Source: an uncultured delta proteobacterium (GTDB taxonomy: Bacteria; Desulfobacterota; Binatia; Bin18). Taken from it: a stretch of DNA of 64,000 nucleotides. How positions within the stretch are numbered: position 1 is the first letter of the stretch; each line of letters opens with the position of its first letter. Made by a program: the position numbers and the translations under genes. The notes beneath the pieces are model-generated. The model searched no databases. It was not told where the DNA came from and saw only the letters and a list, made by a program, of their open reading frames with translations. Below are positions 10,259-20,213 of this stretch, piece after piece. Location: positions 1 to 64,000 of the forward strand of contig CAVTCR010000050.1 in the NCBI GenBank assembly GCA_963733195.1, given 5' to 3'.

Positions 10259-11173
10259 ATGGAGAACTTGAAAGTGGAGAAAATCGCGTCCTTCCCCCTC
10301 GAGTCGTCTGCTTCCGCGTCCTTTGCCTACAGTTGGCGCCCGTTAGTTGGCCTGGGATTGGTGTTAACCGTCATTCTCGTAGGGATATACGCGCCGGTAT
10401 TTCCAGGACTCTTTTCCGACTGGTGGAACGATCCTAATTATTCACATGGGTTTCTGGTTCCCTTTTTTAGCGGATTCTTGGTGTGGCAAAACCGAGAACA
10501 TTTGAAGAGGCTATCAATACAGGGAAGCTGGCTGGGGTTTGGTGTGCTCTGCGTAGGAAGCGGGATTCTGGTGCTCGGAGATATCGGAGCAGAAGATTTT
10601 CTCACAAGGAGTTCGTTGATCTGTATTCTTGCGGGCCTTATTCTCTTCCATTTGGGAATGCCCTTCTTCCGTGCGCTCCTGTTTCCGTTAGGGTTCCTGT
10701 TTTTTATGGTGCCCTTACCGGCCATTATATTCAACGCGATAGCATTCCCACTCCAGGGACTCGCCGCTCGGAACGCGACGATCGTCTTAGATTTATTAGG
10801 GGTCCCGGTCCTCCGTGATGGGAACATCATTCACCTCAGCCATATCTCTTTAGGGGTTACAGAGGCGTGTAGTGGCATTCGTTCCTTGGTTTCGCTTTTA
10901 GCGCTGGCTGTAGCGTGGGCATATCTGACACTACCTGGGTACTGGTCACGCTTTGTGCTGGTTTTGTCAGCAATTCCGATTACGATTATTGCCAATGCGG
11001 GTCGGGTAATCGTCACAGGCCTAATCGGTCAGTGGTTTGGAGTCAAATATGCCGAGGGGATTTTTCATTCCTTCTCGGGATGGATTATCTTTCTTGTCGC
11101 TTTTGCAGGTCTCTTAGGGGTTCACACAATCGTACAAAAATGGCCGCGAACTGAAATAGGAAATGAGTTATGA
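10259..11173 (+). CDS. Exosortase (EpsH family)
   Basis: Multi-TM; YSHGFLVP, catalytic EACSGIRS, NAGRV, FH motifs. Confidence 0.93.
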   Translation: MENLKVEKIASFPLESSASASFAYSWRPLVGLGLVLTVILVGIYAPVFPGLFSDWWNDPNYSHGFLVPFFSGFLVWQNREHLKRLSIQGSWLGFGVLCVGSGILVLGDIGAEDFLTRSSLICILAGLILFHLGMPFFRALLFPLGFLFFMVPLPAIIFNAIAFPLQGLAARNATIVLDLLGVPVLRDGNIIHLSHISLGVTEACSGIRSLVSLLALAVAWAYLTLPGYWSRFVLVLSAIPITIIANAGRVIVTGLIGQWFGVKYAEGIFHSFSGWIIFLVAFAGLLGVHTIVQKWPRTEIGNEL

Positions 11174-11811
11174 ACAACTGGATACATGCGAGTTTATCGT
11201 GCAGTCTCTTGTTCGCGGTTTTTTTGTTTCTTCAGCTACGGTCATATGGAGAAGCGGTACCGATCCACAAACCCTTAGCGCAGTTTCCACAGACCGTAGG
11301 AGAGTGGCAGGGGCGAGCAGATGCGACGCTTGAACCCGATGTCCTCAGCATATTAAAGTTGAATGAATACGTGATGCGTGATTACAACGACGCTGCTGGA
11401 CATAATATCTGGCTGTATGTCGGCTTTTGGGAGACGCAACGAAAAGGAGCGCAGATTCACTCTCCCAAGCATTGTTTGCCTGGAGGGGGATGGGAGCCGC
11501 TCGAAGCTTCTTTGGTACCGATTTCATTTGAGGGGGAATCTCAGGGGATTGTAGTGAACCGCTACGTGCTGCAAATGGAAGCTCACCGACAAGTTGTGAC
11601 GTATTGGTACCAATCTCAAGGACAGGTCATTGCGAAGGAACTCGATGCCAAGCTCCAATTAATCAAAAATGCTATCGTGCATAATCGCACTGATGGAGCG
11701 TTAATTCGATTGACCAGTCCAGTCACGACAACGGTGGAAGAAGCGTTTGCGCGTCAGGTAGAGTATATCCGTGCCCTGCGACCATTGTTACGCGAATTTT
11801 TGCCACAATAA
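11170..11811 (+). CDS. epsI: EpsI family exosortase-associated protein
   Basis: IHSPKHCLPGGGW, YWYQ, RTDGALIR; ATGA overlap with the exosortase. Confidence 0.9.
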   Translation: MNNWIHASLSCSLLFAVFLFLQLRSYGEAVPIHKPLAQFPQTVGEWQGRADATLEPDVLSILKLNEYVMRDYNDAAGHNIWLYVGFWETQRKGAQIHSPKHCLPGGGWEPLEASLVPISFEGESQGIVVNRYVLQMEAHRQVVTYWYQSQGQVIAKELDAKLQLIKNAIVHNRTDGALIRLTSPVTTTVEEAFARQVEYIRALRPLLREFLPQ

Positions 11812-11839
11812 CAAACATATGAACGAAACGAGGATGGAC

Positions 11840-14008
11840 ATGAAGAGAGGGTTGTTTGCCTGGATAGCCGTAGGAGTGGTGGTTGCTATCATCGGGTGTA
11901 ATCGCTCACCGGCAGAGAAAGAGGCCCGTCACATACAACGTGGAGACCAATACTATGGTGAGCAACGCTATCGGGAAGCTGTCATTGAGTACCGGAATGC
12001 GCTGCGTATTGATACCAAGAATGCGCATGCTATCCAACGATTGGGCTTGTCTTATTACCAATTGGGGGAGCTTGGGCCGTCATTTCCCTTCTTACTGAAG
12101 ACGAAAGAATTAGTGCCAGACGATATAGAAGCGCGCTTGAAGCTGGGAACTATGTACCTTGCGGGGCGTAAGAACACGGAAGCGCGAGAGGAAGCGGCCT
12201 TCATTCTTGAGAAAAACCCGAAAAATTTGGATGCTCTTTTGTTGTGGGCTGGTGCGGCAGAGACCCCACAAGAAGTCGCTGATGCGTTAGAGAGATTAGA
12301 AGCGGCACAAGATAGCTTTGGTGAGAAGGCCAAACCGTATTTGGCAGTAGGTGCATTGCATTTGCGTAAACAAGATTTAGTGAAGGCCGAGCAGGCCTTC
12401 AAGCGTGCAGCCACAGTAGAGCCCAAATCGATCGAGGCGCATACCCTTTTGGGAAACTTCTATCTGGCAAAACGTGACCCAACAAATGCCGAGCAAGCGT
12501 TTAAAGCGGCCGCCGCGATTGCGCCGGCTGGGTCTCCTGCTCGCGTGGCGCTAGCTGATTTCTATCTACTGCTCAATCGTCCAGAGGAAGCAAAGCAAAT
12601 CTTGGCAGAGATTAACAAGCAAGCTCCTGAGTTTCTTCCAGCGTGGCGTCGGACCGCCCAAATTGCCTTGGCAGAGAAAAAATATGGCGACAGTCATCAA
12701 GCGCTTGACGTGATCATGAAGAAGAATCCCGAAGATGTTGATGGGCATCTGCTGCGTGGCCAAATTCTTCTTGCAGAACGGAAAACGAAGGAGGCGGTCC
12801 AGGAATTTCAAGGAGTCTTACGCTTAGAACCAAAGTCTGCTCCTACGCACTATCAACTCGCCTTAGCACATTTGCAGGCAGGAAATGTTGCTCAGGCAAA
12901 AATATCACTGCAAGATGCTAAGACCAATGCCTCTGGTTTTGTTGATGCTCAACTGTTGCTCGCCGAGCTCAATATCCGAACAGGGAACATTGATCCGGCT
13001 ATTGAAGAATTAGAGGGGATAATTGAGAAGCAACCGAAGACCGGACGGGCCTACGTTCTGCTCGGCGGTGCGTACCTCGCGAAGAAAGAGGCAGTCAAAG
13101 CGACAGAAACCTATCGCCAATTTGCTCTTCTCGATTCCAAGAACGCGCAAGGCCCATATCTTGTGGGACTCGGTTTGCGAGCGCAAGGGAAAAGTAAAGA
13201 AGCGCGGGCTGCATTTACAGAGGCCGTATCAATGCGGCCAGGGTTTGTTGAGGCACTGGAACAACTGGTGGCGTTAGATCTCAACGAGAAACGTTCTGAT
13301 GACGCGTTGGCCCTTGTACAGAAGCAGATTGAGCTGAGCCCGCAGGTGATTGGTCTCCATATGCTATTAGGAAGGGTACATCTTGCACGAGGGGAGGGAA
13401 GTCAAGGGGAAGCCGCGTTTCTGAAAGCTATCGCGCTCAACCCGCAACTGTTTGATCCGTACGTGGCTCTCGGTGGATTCTATGCTCAAACCAAACGCTA
13501 CGATGAGGCATTAGAAAAATTGGAACAAGCAAAGAAGGTCAACGCGCAGAACCTTGGCGTACATATGTTAATCGGAATGATTCACGAGATGCGCCAAGAT
13601 GTTCCGCAAGCGCAGTCTGCCTACGAGAAAGTCCTTGAGATAAACCCGCGTTTCGGTCCTGCGGCCAACAATTTGGCGTATCTCTACTCAGAACATGGAG
13701 GAGACAAAGAAAAGGCTCTGCAACTTGCGCAGACGGCGAAGGAAGTACTCCCGGAGGATCCTCGTATTTCTGACACCTTAGGATGGATCCTCTACAAGCG
13801 TGGCATCTATGAACGAGCGATCTCTCTTCTGCGTGAGAGTGCTGAAAAACTTGGTGATAATGCGGAGGTACAGTATCACTTAGGGATGGCGTACTTAAAA
13901 GCTGGCAACTCTCAGGCGGCGAAAGAATCTTTGTCAAAATCTCTCAAGTTGAGCGAGTCCTTTGCTGGTGTTGAGGAAGCAAGACGCGCGCTCGCTAATC
14001 TCAACTAA
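11840..14008 (+). CDS. prsT: PEP-CTERM system TPR-repeat lipoprotein
   Basis: Lipobox IIGC, many TPRs, NNLAYL..DTLGWILY C-terminus; locus context. Confidence 0.8.
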   Translation: MKRGLFAWIAVGVVVAIIGCNRSPAEKEARHIQRGDQYYGEQRYREAVIEYRNALRIDTKNAHAIQRLGLSYYQLGELGPSFPFLLKTKELVPDDIEARLKLGTMYLAGRKNTEAREEAAFILEKNPKNLDALLLWAGAAETPQEVADALERLEAAQDSFGEKAKPYLAVGALHLRKQDLVKAEQAFKRAATVEPKSIEAHTLLGNFYLAKRDPTNAEQAFKAAAAIAPAGSPARVALADFYLLLNRPEEAKQILAEINKQAPEFLPAWRRTAQIALAEKKYGDSHQALDVIMKKNPEDVDGHLLRGQILLAERKTKEAVQEFQGVLRLEPKSAPTHYQLALAHLQAGNVAQAKISLQDAKTNASGFVDAQLLLAELNIRTGNIDPAIEELEGIIEKQPKTGRAYVLLGGAYLAKKEAVKATETYRQFALLDSKNAQGPYLVGLGLRAQGKSKEARAAFTEAVSMRPGFVEALEQLVALDLNEKRSDDALALVQKQIELSPQVIGLHMLLGRVHLARGEGSQGEAAFLKAIALNPQLFDPYVALGGFYAQTKRYDEALEKLEQAKKVNAQNLGVHMLIGMIHEMRQDVPQAQSAYEKVLEINPRFGPAANNLAYLYSEHGGDKEKALQLAQTAKEVLPEDPRISDTLGWILYKRGIYERAISLLRESAEKLGDNAEVQYHLGMAYLKAGNSQAAKESLSKSLKLSESFAGVEEARRALANLN

Positions 14009-14077
14009 TAGGCTTACGGGAGCAGGGGGAAAGACGGAGAGTGCTTCTCTGTTGTGTTCCCTCTGCTTTGATGATCC

Positions 14078-16186
14078 ATGACTGCTGCAGTTGTATTGTT
14101 ATTCGTTGATATGGTGCTGTGTGCTGGGCTAGCTGCGGTCATGTTGCTGCGTGATTCGCAGTCGTTTGTTTCTCGTATCTTTGCCGCTGGTATGGCTGCT
14201 CTAGCCATAGAGGCAGTGTTCAACGGGGTTAGTGTCTACGCGGATACATACCATGAGGTGATCTATTGGCAACGATTGCGGTTCCTGGCTGCGTCGTTTC
14301 TCCCAGGCGTATGGCTCGTCTTTAGCCTAAGCTTTGCTCGTCGCAATTACCGCGAGTTTTTGACGACATGGCGATGGGGGATTGGGGCGGCATTCGGTGC
14401 GCCACTTTGTCTAGTATTGATAGGCTTCCCGGCCTTCTTTGTCGATGTCCCGTTTTTCGATGAGCTGTCACGCTGGAGTTTAGGGCTCGGATGGGCTGGG
14501 CAAGGGTTTTTCTTGCTCTTTTTGTTTGTGGCAGCCTGTATTCTGATGAATTTGGAAAGAACCCTACGGGCGTCTACTGGCACCCTGCGGTGGCAAATCA
14601 AATTCATGATTCTTGGTGTTGGAAGCTTCTTTGCTGCTCGAGTGTATACCGGTAGTCAAGTGCTGCTCTTTTCTCGGGTGACGACAACAGTGGAGGAAAT
14701 AAACGCCGGCGCACTTGTGATTGCGAGTGTGCTCGTGTTTCGTTCATTCTCTCGGTTGCGATTATTCAATGTGAATTTTTATCTGTCTCAGACAGCGCTC
14801 TATCACTCACTGACTGTCTTAGCGATGGGAGGCTATCTCCTGCTCGTTGGTCTGTTAGCGAAAGTGGTAACGTATGTGGGAGGAGAAGAAGTCCTACCGT
14901 TTGAAGCCTTGTTTGTTTTTCTCGCTTTCCTCCTCTTAGCCCTATTCTTGATATCAGACGAATGGCGACAGCGTAGTCGGTTGTTTATCAACCGTCATTT
15001 TCAGCGCCCACTGTATGATTACCGTAAAGAATGGATGATGTTTACCCAGCGCACGACATCACTTTTAGATAGTAAAGAGCTCTGTGATGCGGTGGTAAAG
15101 ATGGTGTCTGAAACTTTTGGCGTTTCCTGCGTTACTGTCTGGTTGCTGGAAGAGAACCGCGAACAGTTGGTCTTTGGTGGATCGACGGTGTTCCCGGAAG
15201 TACAGGCGCAAGCATTACACATAGCGACTGTCGATGGAGGAGGGGCGTTGATTCGAGTCATGAGAGAGAAACAGTTTCCGGTTGATTTTGATGGAACGAG
15301 GGATGATTGGACCGGCGAGTTCTACCGGATTTACGCAAAAAGCTTAGGAGAGGCGCGCATACGCTATTGCGTCCCTTTGAATGCCGGCCGTGAACTTTTA
15401 GGGGTAATGACGCTCAATGAGCGAGTGACGCGTGAACCGTTGTCTATAGAAGATGCCGACCTTCTCAAGACGGTGGCCGATCAAGCTGCTGCGAGCCTGT
15501 CAAGTCTTCGGTCGGCTCGGCAGTTGCTCAAGGCAAAAGAGATGGAGGCGTTCCAGACGTTGTCGACTTTCTTTATTCATGATTTGAAGAACCTGGCATC
15601 AACGTTGTCGCTAACGATGCAGAATCTCCCTATATACTTTGACGACCCTGAATTCCGTGCCGATGCTCTCCGTGTCATGACGAACAGCGTACAAAAAATT
15701 GACTCGATGTGTAGCCGTTTGTCACCCCTGACCAAAGGCCTTGACCTGCAAAAGGAGCACGTTGATCTCAACGCTTTGATTGCAACAACACTTGCTGATC
15801 TCGACGGTGCTGTGCGCGCGACGGTGACTCGAGACCTTCACGCGGTGCCAACACTGATCTTAGACCCTGACCAAATACAAAAAGTCCTTATAAATCTCGT
15901 TTTGAATGCCAATGATGCCACGGGGACGGAGGGAAAAATCGCCGTATCGACCGAACAACGTAACGAGTGGGCAGTCCTTGCGGTGAAAGACAACGGTGTT
16001 GGAATATCCAAGGAATTTCTTGAACACTCGTTATTTCAACCATTTCAAACAACCAAGAGCAAAGGCTTAGGGATAGGACTATTTCACAGCAAGAAAATTA
16101 TTGAAGCCCATCGTGGCCAGATTGAAGTCGAAAGCGAGCCAGGAAAAGGGAGCACGTTTCGGGTGCTCTTACCGGTTGGTCAGTGA
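14078..16186 (+). CDS. prsK: PEP-CTERM system histidine kinase
   Basis: N-terminal TMs, YDYRKEW, GAF region, FFIHDLKN H-box, PFQTTK..GLGIGL. Confidence 0.9.
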   Translation: MTAAVVLLFVDMVLCAGLAAVMLLRDSQSFVSRIFAAGMAALAIEAVFNGVSVYADTYHEVIYWQRLRFLAASFLPGVWLVFSLSFARRNYREFLTTWRWGIGAAFGAPLCLVLIGFPAFFVDVPFFDELSRWSLGLGWAGQGFFLLFLFVAACILMNLERTLRASTGTLRWQIKFMILGVGSFFAARVYTGSQVLLFSRVTTTVEEINAGALVIASVLVFRSFSRLRLFNVNFYLSQTALYHSLTVLAMGGYLLLVGLLAKVVTYVGGEEVLPFEALFVFLAFLLLALFLISDEWRQRSRLFINRHFQRPLYDYRKEWMMFTQRTTSLLDSKELCDAVVKMVSETFGVSCVTVWLLEENREQLVFGGSTVFPEVQAQALHIATVDGGGALIRVMREKQFPVDFDGTRDDWTGEFYRIYAKSLGEARIRYCVPLNAGRELLGVMTLNERVTREPLSIEDADLLKTVADQAAASLSSLRSARQLLKAKEMEAFQTLSTFFIHDLKNLASTLSLTMQNLPIYFDDPEFRADALRVMTNSVQKIDSMCSRLSPLTKGLDLQKEHVDLNALIATTLADLDGAVRATVTRDLHAVPTLILDPDQIQKVLINLVLNANDATGTEGKIAVSTEQRNEWAVLAVKDNGVGISKEFLEHSLFQPFQTTKSKGLGIGLFHSKKIIEAHRGQIEVESEPGKGSTFRVLLPVGQ

Positions 16187-16242
16187 ATTGAGGCGTTCGT
16201 ATTGATATGCTCAGTTGTCTTTCGTACTCTGAGAATTAAGGA

Positions 16243-17649
16243 GTGATGGTTTGTATGCCACAACCTGCACCTTCAGACTCACCACAGCAGCTTCCCGTAA
16301 AATTGAAGCTTCTGATTGTGGATGATGATGAAAATATCCGGACGCAGATGAGGTGGGCGGTCGCACGCGAGTATGATGTTGTTCTCGCTGAAGACCGACA
16401 GAGTGCTCTTGAGAAGATCCGTAAGGAGCATCCTTCTGTGGTAACCCTTGATCTGGGACTTCCCCCTCATCCTGGAGGAATTGAAGAAGGGCTACGGGCG
16501 TTAACTGGGATGCTTGAGCAGGATCCGTTCATCAAAGTCATCGTTATCACCGGGCAAACTGAGCGGAGCAATGCTCTCCAAGCCATTGGCCAGGGCGCGT
16601 ATGATTTTCTGTGTAAGCCGGTAGAAGTGGACGACCTCCGAGGCATTCTTCGGCGTGCGTTCTATGTGTCGCAACTGGAACGTGAGAACCGAACGCTGCA
16701 GCAGCAAACGACGACTGAGCTGTTTCAAGGCATGATGGGAACCAGCACACAGATGCAAGAGACGTTTGCCGCCATTCTCCGCGTTGCGACGACCGACGTT
16801 CCGGTGCTGATTGTTGGCGAGAGCGGAACGGGGAAAGAACTAACTGCACGGGCTATTCATCGTCTGAGCGATCGAAAAGACGGTCCGTTTATCGCAATTA
16901 ACTGCGGGGCAATTCCAGAGAACCTCTTGGAAAGTGAACTCTTTGGCCACGAGAAAGGAGCTTTTACCAATGCGCACATGCAGCGCAAAGGGAGAATCGA
17001 AGGGGCGCAAGGCGGTACGCTTTTTCTTGACGAAATCGGAGAGATGCCACTAGCGTTGCAGGTTAAACTTCTGCGCTTTCTGCAGGAACGTGTTATCGAA
17101 CGAGTTGGGGGGCGAGAAGAAATACCCATTAATGTGAGGGTACTGGCTGCGACCAACATCGATCTCAAGAAGGCGATGAGTGAAAATCGCTTTCGTGAGG
17201 ACTTATATTATCGCTTGGGAGTTGTGGTACTTACAGTTCCCCCCCTGCGAGACCGTGGAGGCGATACAGCTTTGTTAGCGAATCTGTTTCTGCAACGCTA
17301 CGCGACTGAAAATAAGAAGAAAGTCGTGAAATTCAGTCCGGCTGCTCTTCATGCGCTGGGAAGCCATACCTGGCCCGGCAATATTCGAGAACTAGAGAAT
17401 CGTATCAAACGGGCAGTGATTATGGCCGAAGGAAGTCAAATCTCCCCGGTGCATCTTGAACTGGCTGAGCCAGCCGATCCATATTCTGGGAAACGACTAA
17501 AAGAGGCGCGTGAAGTCTTGGAACGGGACCTGGTCCGAAAAGCACTCGCCAGAACCAAGGGGAACCTGACGCAAGCCGCGGCAGATCTTGGTGTCAGTCG
17601 GCCAACATTGTATGAGTTGATGGAGAAACTCGGGATTGAGAAGGGGTAG
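16243..17649 (+). CDS. prsR: PEP-CTERM system sigma-54-dependent response regulator
   Basis: REC (TLDLGLPP), GESGTGKE, GAFTNA, LFLDEIG, WPGNIREL, Fis-type HTH. Confidence 0.9.
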   Translation: MMVCMPQPAPSDSPQQLPVKLKLLIVDDDENIRTQMRWAVAREYDVVLAEDRQSALEKIRKEHPSVVTLDLGLPPHPGGIEEGLRALTGMLEQDPFIKVIVITGQTERSNALQAIGQGAYDFLCKPVEVDDLRGILRRAFYVSQLERENRTLQQQTTTELFQGMMGTSTQMQETFAAILRVATTDVPVLIVGESGTGKELTARAIHRLSDRKDGPFIAINCGAIPENLLESELFGHEKGAFTNAHMQRKGRIEGAQGGTLFLDEIGEMPLALQVKLLRFLQERVIERVGGREEIPINVRVLAATNIDLKKAMSENRFREDLYYRLGVVVLTVPPLRDRGGDTALLANLFLQRYATENKKKVVKFSPAALHALGSHTWPGNIRELENRIKRAVIMAEGSQISPVHLELAEPADPYSGKRLKEAREVLERDLVRKALARTKGNLTQAAADLGVSRPTLYELMEKLGIEKG

Positions 17650-17713
17650 GTCTCCGCATACAAAACCGATGACGGGCTTCCTGAACAAGGGGGCAAGAGA
17701 TGCATCTGCAATC

Positions 17714-17744
17714 TGTCTACAACTTTTACAACCTTTTTTACAAC
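17714..17744. promoter_or_regulatory. Candidate enhancer-binding-protein site
   Basis: TGT-N11-ACA (17714-17730) overlapping three TACAAC repeats at 17718, 17727, 17739. Confidence 0.3.
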
Positions 17745-17922
17745 CTTCCTGTAGTTGCCTAAGGTTGAGTAACTTCGTTCCCTGTCTTGACATTTTCTCT
17801 TTTGCATAAGTCAGGTGTATTTCTGCCAGAGGGAGAATCGGAGAACTTTTACTCCCACTACAGAAAGAGAAAACCGCTACAGTAAAAGAAAACCAAGAAA
17901 GAGAGTCGCACGTTTCCTCATC

Positions 17923-18957
17923 ATGGCTGAACGAATTTTTCGACATTGTGTGTTGTTTGGCGGCACAGGGTTTATTGGGACACATTTAGCCACGCACCTT
18001 TTATCGAGCGGTCGTGTCGAACAGGTATGGCTTGCGGATTTTCGTCTGACGCCATGTACCACTTGGCCCAGAGACCTACAAGCGCAACAGAAGAACGGAC
18101 GGGTACATTGTGTTGCGCTTGATGTCCGCCAACCGATATCCCATCCTGAACTTCCGCATGAGGCAGAACTGGTTGTCAATCTTGCGGCGGTCCATCGTGA
18201 ACCAGGACACGAGCCGCATGAGTATTTTGCCACGAATCTTCCTGGCGCTGACAATGTTAGTGCGTGGGCCGAAAAAGTGCAGTGTCCGAGGATGATCTTT
18301 ACGAGTAGTATCGCACCGTACGGGCCGACTGAAGATCATAAGGATGAAGCGTCACTTCCCGTACCAATTTCTCCGTATGGAGCCTCAAAACTCGCTGCAG
18401 AAAAGATTCATTTGGGATGGCAGCGAGCGGAAAAAAGTCGCAAGCTGATCATTGTCCGCCCTGGTGTAGTGTTCGGACCTGGAGAAGGCGGAAACGTGAC
18501 GCGTATGATCCGCGCAGTATTGAAGCGATATTTTTTCTACATGGGGAACCAACATACGCGTAAAGCCGGGGGATACGTTAAGGAGTTATGCCACGCCCTG
18601 ACTTGGGTAATGGACTGGCAAGATCGTACTGGGACAGATGTCTCTCTGTTCAATTTCTCGATGGACCCGGCTCCAACGGTTGAAGACTACGTTAATACTA
18701 TCTTTCGCGTGGCCAAGGTGCAGTATTTTATTCCGAGTGTTCCTTACGCGCTCCTACTTGGAGCGTCCTACCCAATCGAAGCGTTGAGCCGTCCCTTGGG
18801 ACTTCACCAGCCGATTAGCCCAGTACGCATCCGCAAGTTAGTCCGCTCCAATAACATTGTCCCTGGATTTTTGCGTACGCAGGGATATCCATATCAATAC
18901 ACGTTAGAGCGAGCCTTAACGGATTGGTTTCAGGACCGACCTGAAGAATGGCGATAG
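17923..18957 (+). CDS. NAD-dependent epimerase/dehydratase
   Basis: GGTGFIG, NLAAVH, TSS, YGASK, RPGVVFG. Confidence 0.9.
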   Translation: MAERIFRHCVLFGGTGFIGTHLATHLLSSGRVEQVWLADFRLTPCTTWPRDLQAQQKNGRVHCVALDVRQPISHPELPHEAELVVNLAAVHREPGHEPHEYFATNLPGADNVSAWAEKVQCPRMIFTSSIAPYGPTEDHKDEASLPVPISPYGASKLAAEKIHLGWQRAEKSRKLIIVRPGVVFGPGEGGNVTRMIRAVLKRYFFYMGNQHTRKAGGYVKELCHALTWVMDWQDRTGTDVSLFNFSMDPAPTVEDYVNTIFRVAKVQYFIPSVPYALLLGASYPIEALSRPLGLHQPISPVRIRKLVRSNNIVPGFLRTQGYPYQYTLERALTDWFQDRPEEWR

Positions 18958-18991
18958 CGAAACATTTGCCGGTAATTATTCAGCACTTCTC

Positions 18992-20188
18992 TCAACGACC
19001 TCTAGGCAAGCCGAGCACGCGTTCGGCAATAATGTTTCGCTGGATTTCTGAGGTTCCTCCCTCGATCGAGTTTGCTCGGGCGCGCAAGAATCCATATTGC
19101 CAATATGCGTCGTCGTCTGCGGCTTGTTCGCCCTGGTAAAGCTGCCCGTGCGTTCCTTGGATGTCTACTGCGAGTTGTTGGAGGATTTGATTGGATTCGG
19201 CCCATTGCAGCTTTGGTAACGATCCTTCTGGTCCGGGGGGATTACCGCGGAGCAGTCGGGTAAGAGCACGATAATTGTTGAGCTTTAACAGTTCGGTTTC
19301 AATGTACGCCTGCGCCAGCTTTTGGCGAAATTGCGGATCAGTCAGAACGGGTTCGCCATAACGGGAGGTTCTACGCGCGGTGGCCACCAGATCGTCATAA
19401 TGGCGTTTCTGGGCAAAAGTGAAGAAAAATCCCAACCCTTGGCGTTCAAACATCAGTGACGTGATGATCACGCGCCACCCTTGGTCCTTCTCGCCGAGGA
19501 GGTTTTGCTTTGGCACTTTCACCTCTTCGAAGAAGACCTCGTTAAACTCGCTATCGCCAGTAAGGGTGCGGAGCGGCTTAACAGTAATACCCGGACTTTT
19601 CATGTCGACCAGTAAACATGAGAGTCCAAGATGTTTGGGGGCATCTGGATTAGTGCGGACCAGTAGTAAGCACCAATCTGCGTAGAATGCTAGACTCGTC
19701 CACACTTTCTGTCCGGTGACAATGAAGTAATCGCCTTGCTCGACGGCGCGGGTTCGTAGAGAAGCGAGATCCGACCCGGAATTGGGTTCAGAGTAGCCCT
19801 GGCTCCAGATCTCCTCGCCACTGAGGATTCTTGCCGCATGCGCACGTTTCTGCTCTTCGGTTCCGTGGACAATAATCGTCGGGCCCACAATCTCAAGGCC
19901 GAGAACATTTAGGAGCTGAGGGGCCTTGTGGGTGGCCATTTCCTCATCAAAAATCATCCGTTCGATCAATGAGGCTCCACGCCCACCATATTCCTTCGGC
20001 CAAGAGATGCCGGTCCATCCGTTCTCAAAGCATTTGCGTTGCCACTGTTTGAGAAAATCGAGATCCGCTTGGGACGCTTGCGGTTGTAGATGGCGAAGGT
20101 GGTGGGCATCTGCGGGCACGTTGGCTGTGAGCCATGCCCGGAGTTCTTGGCGGAATGCCTCTTGTTCAGTGGTGAAAGCGAAATCCAT
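18992..20188 (-). CDS. Acyl-CoA dehydrogenase family protein
   Basis: WSQGYSEPNSGSDLASL, GQKVWTS, FNEVFF, IEGGTSEIQRNII. Confidence 0.93.
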   Translation of the reverse strand: MDFAFTTEQEAFRQELRAWLTANVPADAHHLRHLQPQASQADLDFLKQWQRKCFENGWTGISWPKEYGGRGASLIERMIFDEEMATHKAPQLLNVLGLEIVGPTIIVHGTEEQKRAHAARILSGEEIWSQGYSEPNSGSDLASLRTRAVEQGDYFIVTGQKVWTSLAFYADWCLLLVRTNPDAPKHLGLSCLLVDMKSPGITVKPLRTLTGDSEFNEVFFEEVKVPKQNLLGEKDQGWRVIITSLMFERQGLGFFFTFAQKRHYDDLVATARRTSRYGEPVLTDPQFRQKLAQAYIETELLKLNNYRALTRLLRGNPPGPEGSLPKLQWAESNQILQQLAVDIQGTHGQLYQGEQAADDDAYWQYGFLRARANSIEGGTSEIQRNIIAERVLGLPRGR

Positions 20189-20213
20189 TACTCTTCTCCG
20201 TAATCACTATCTG

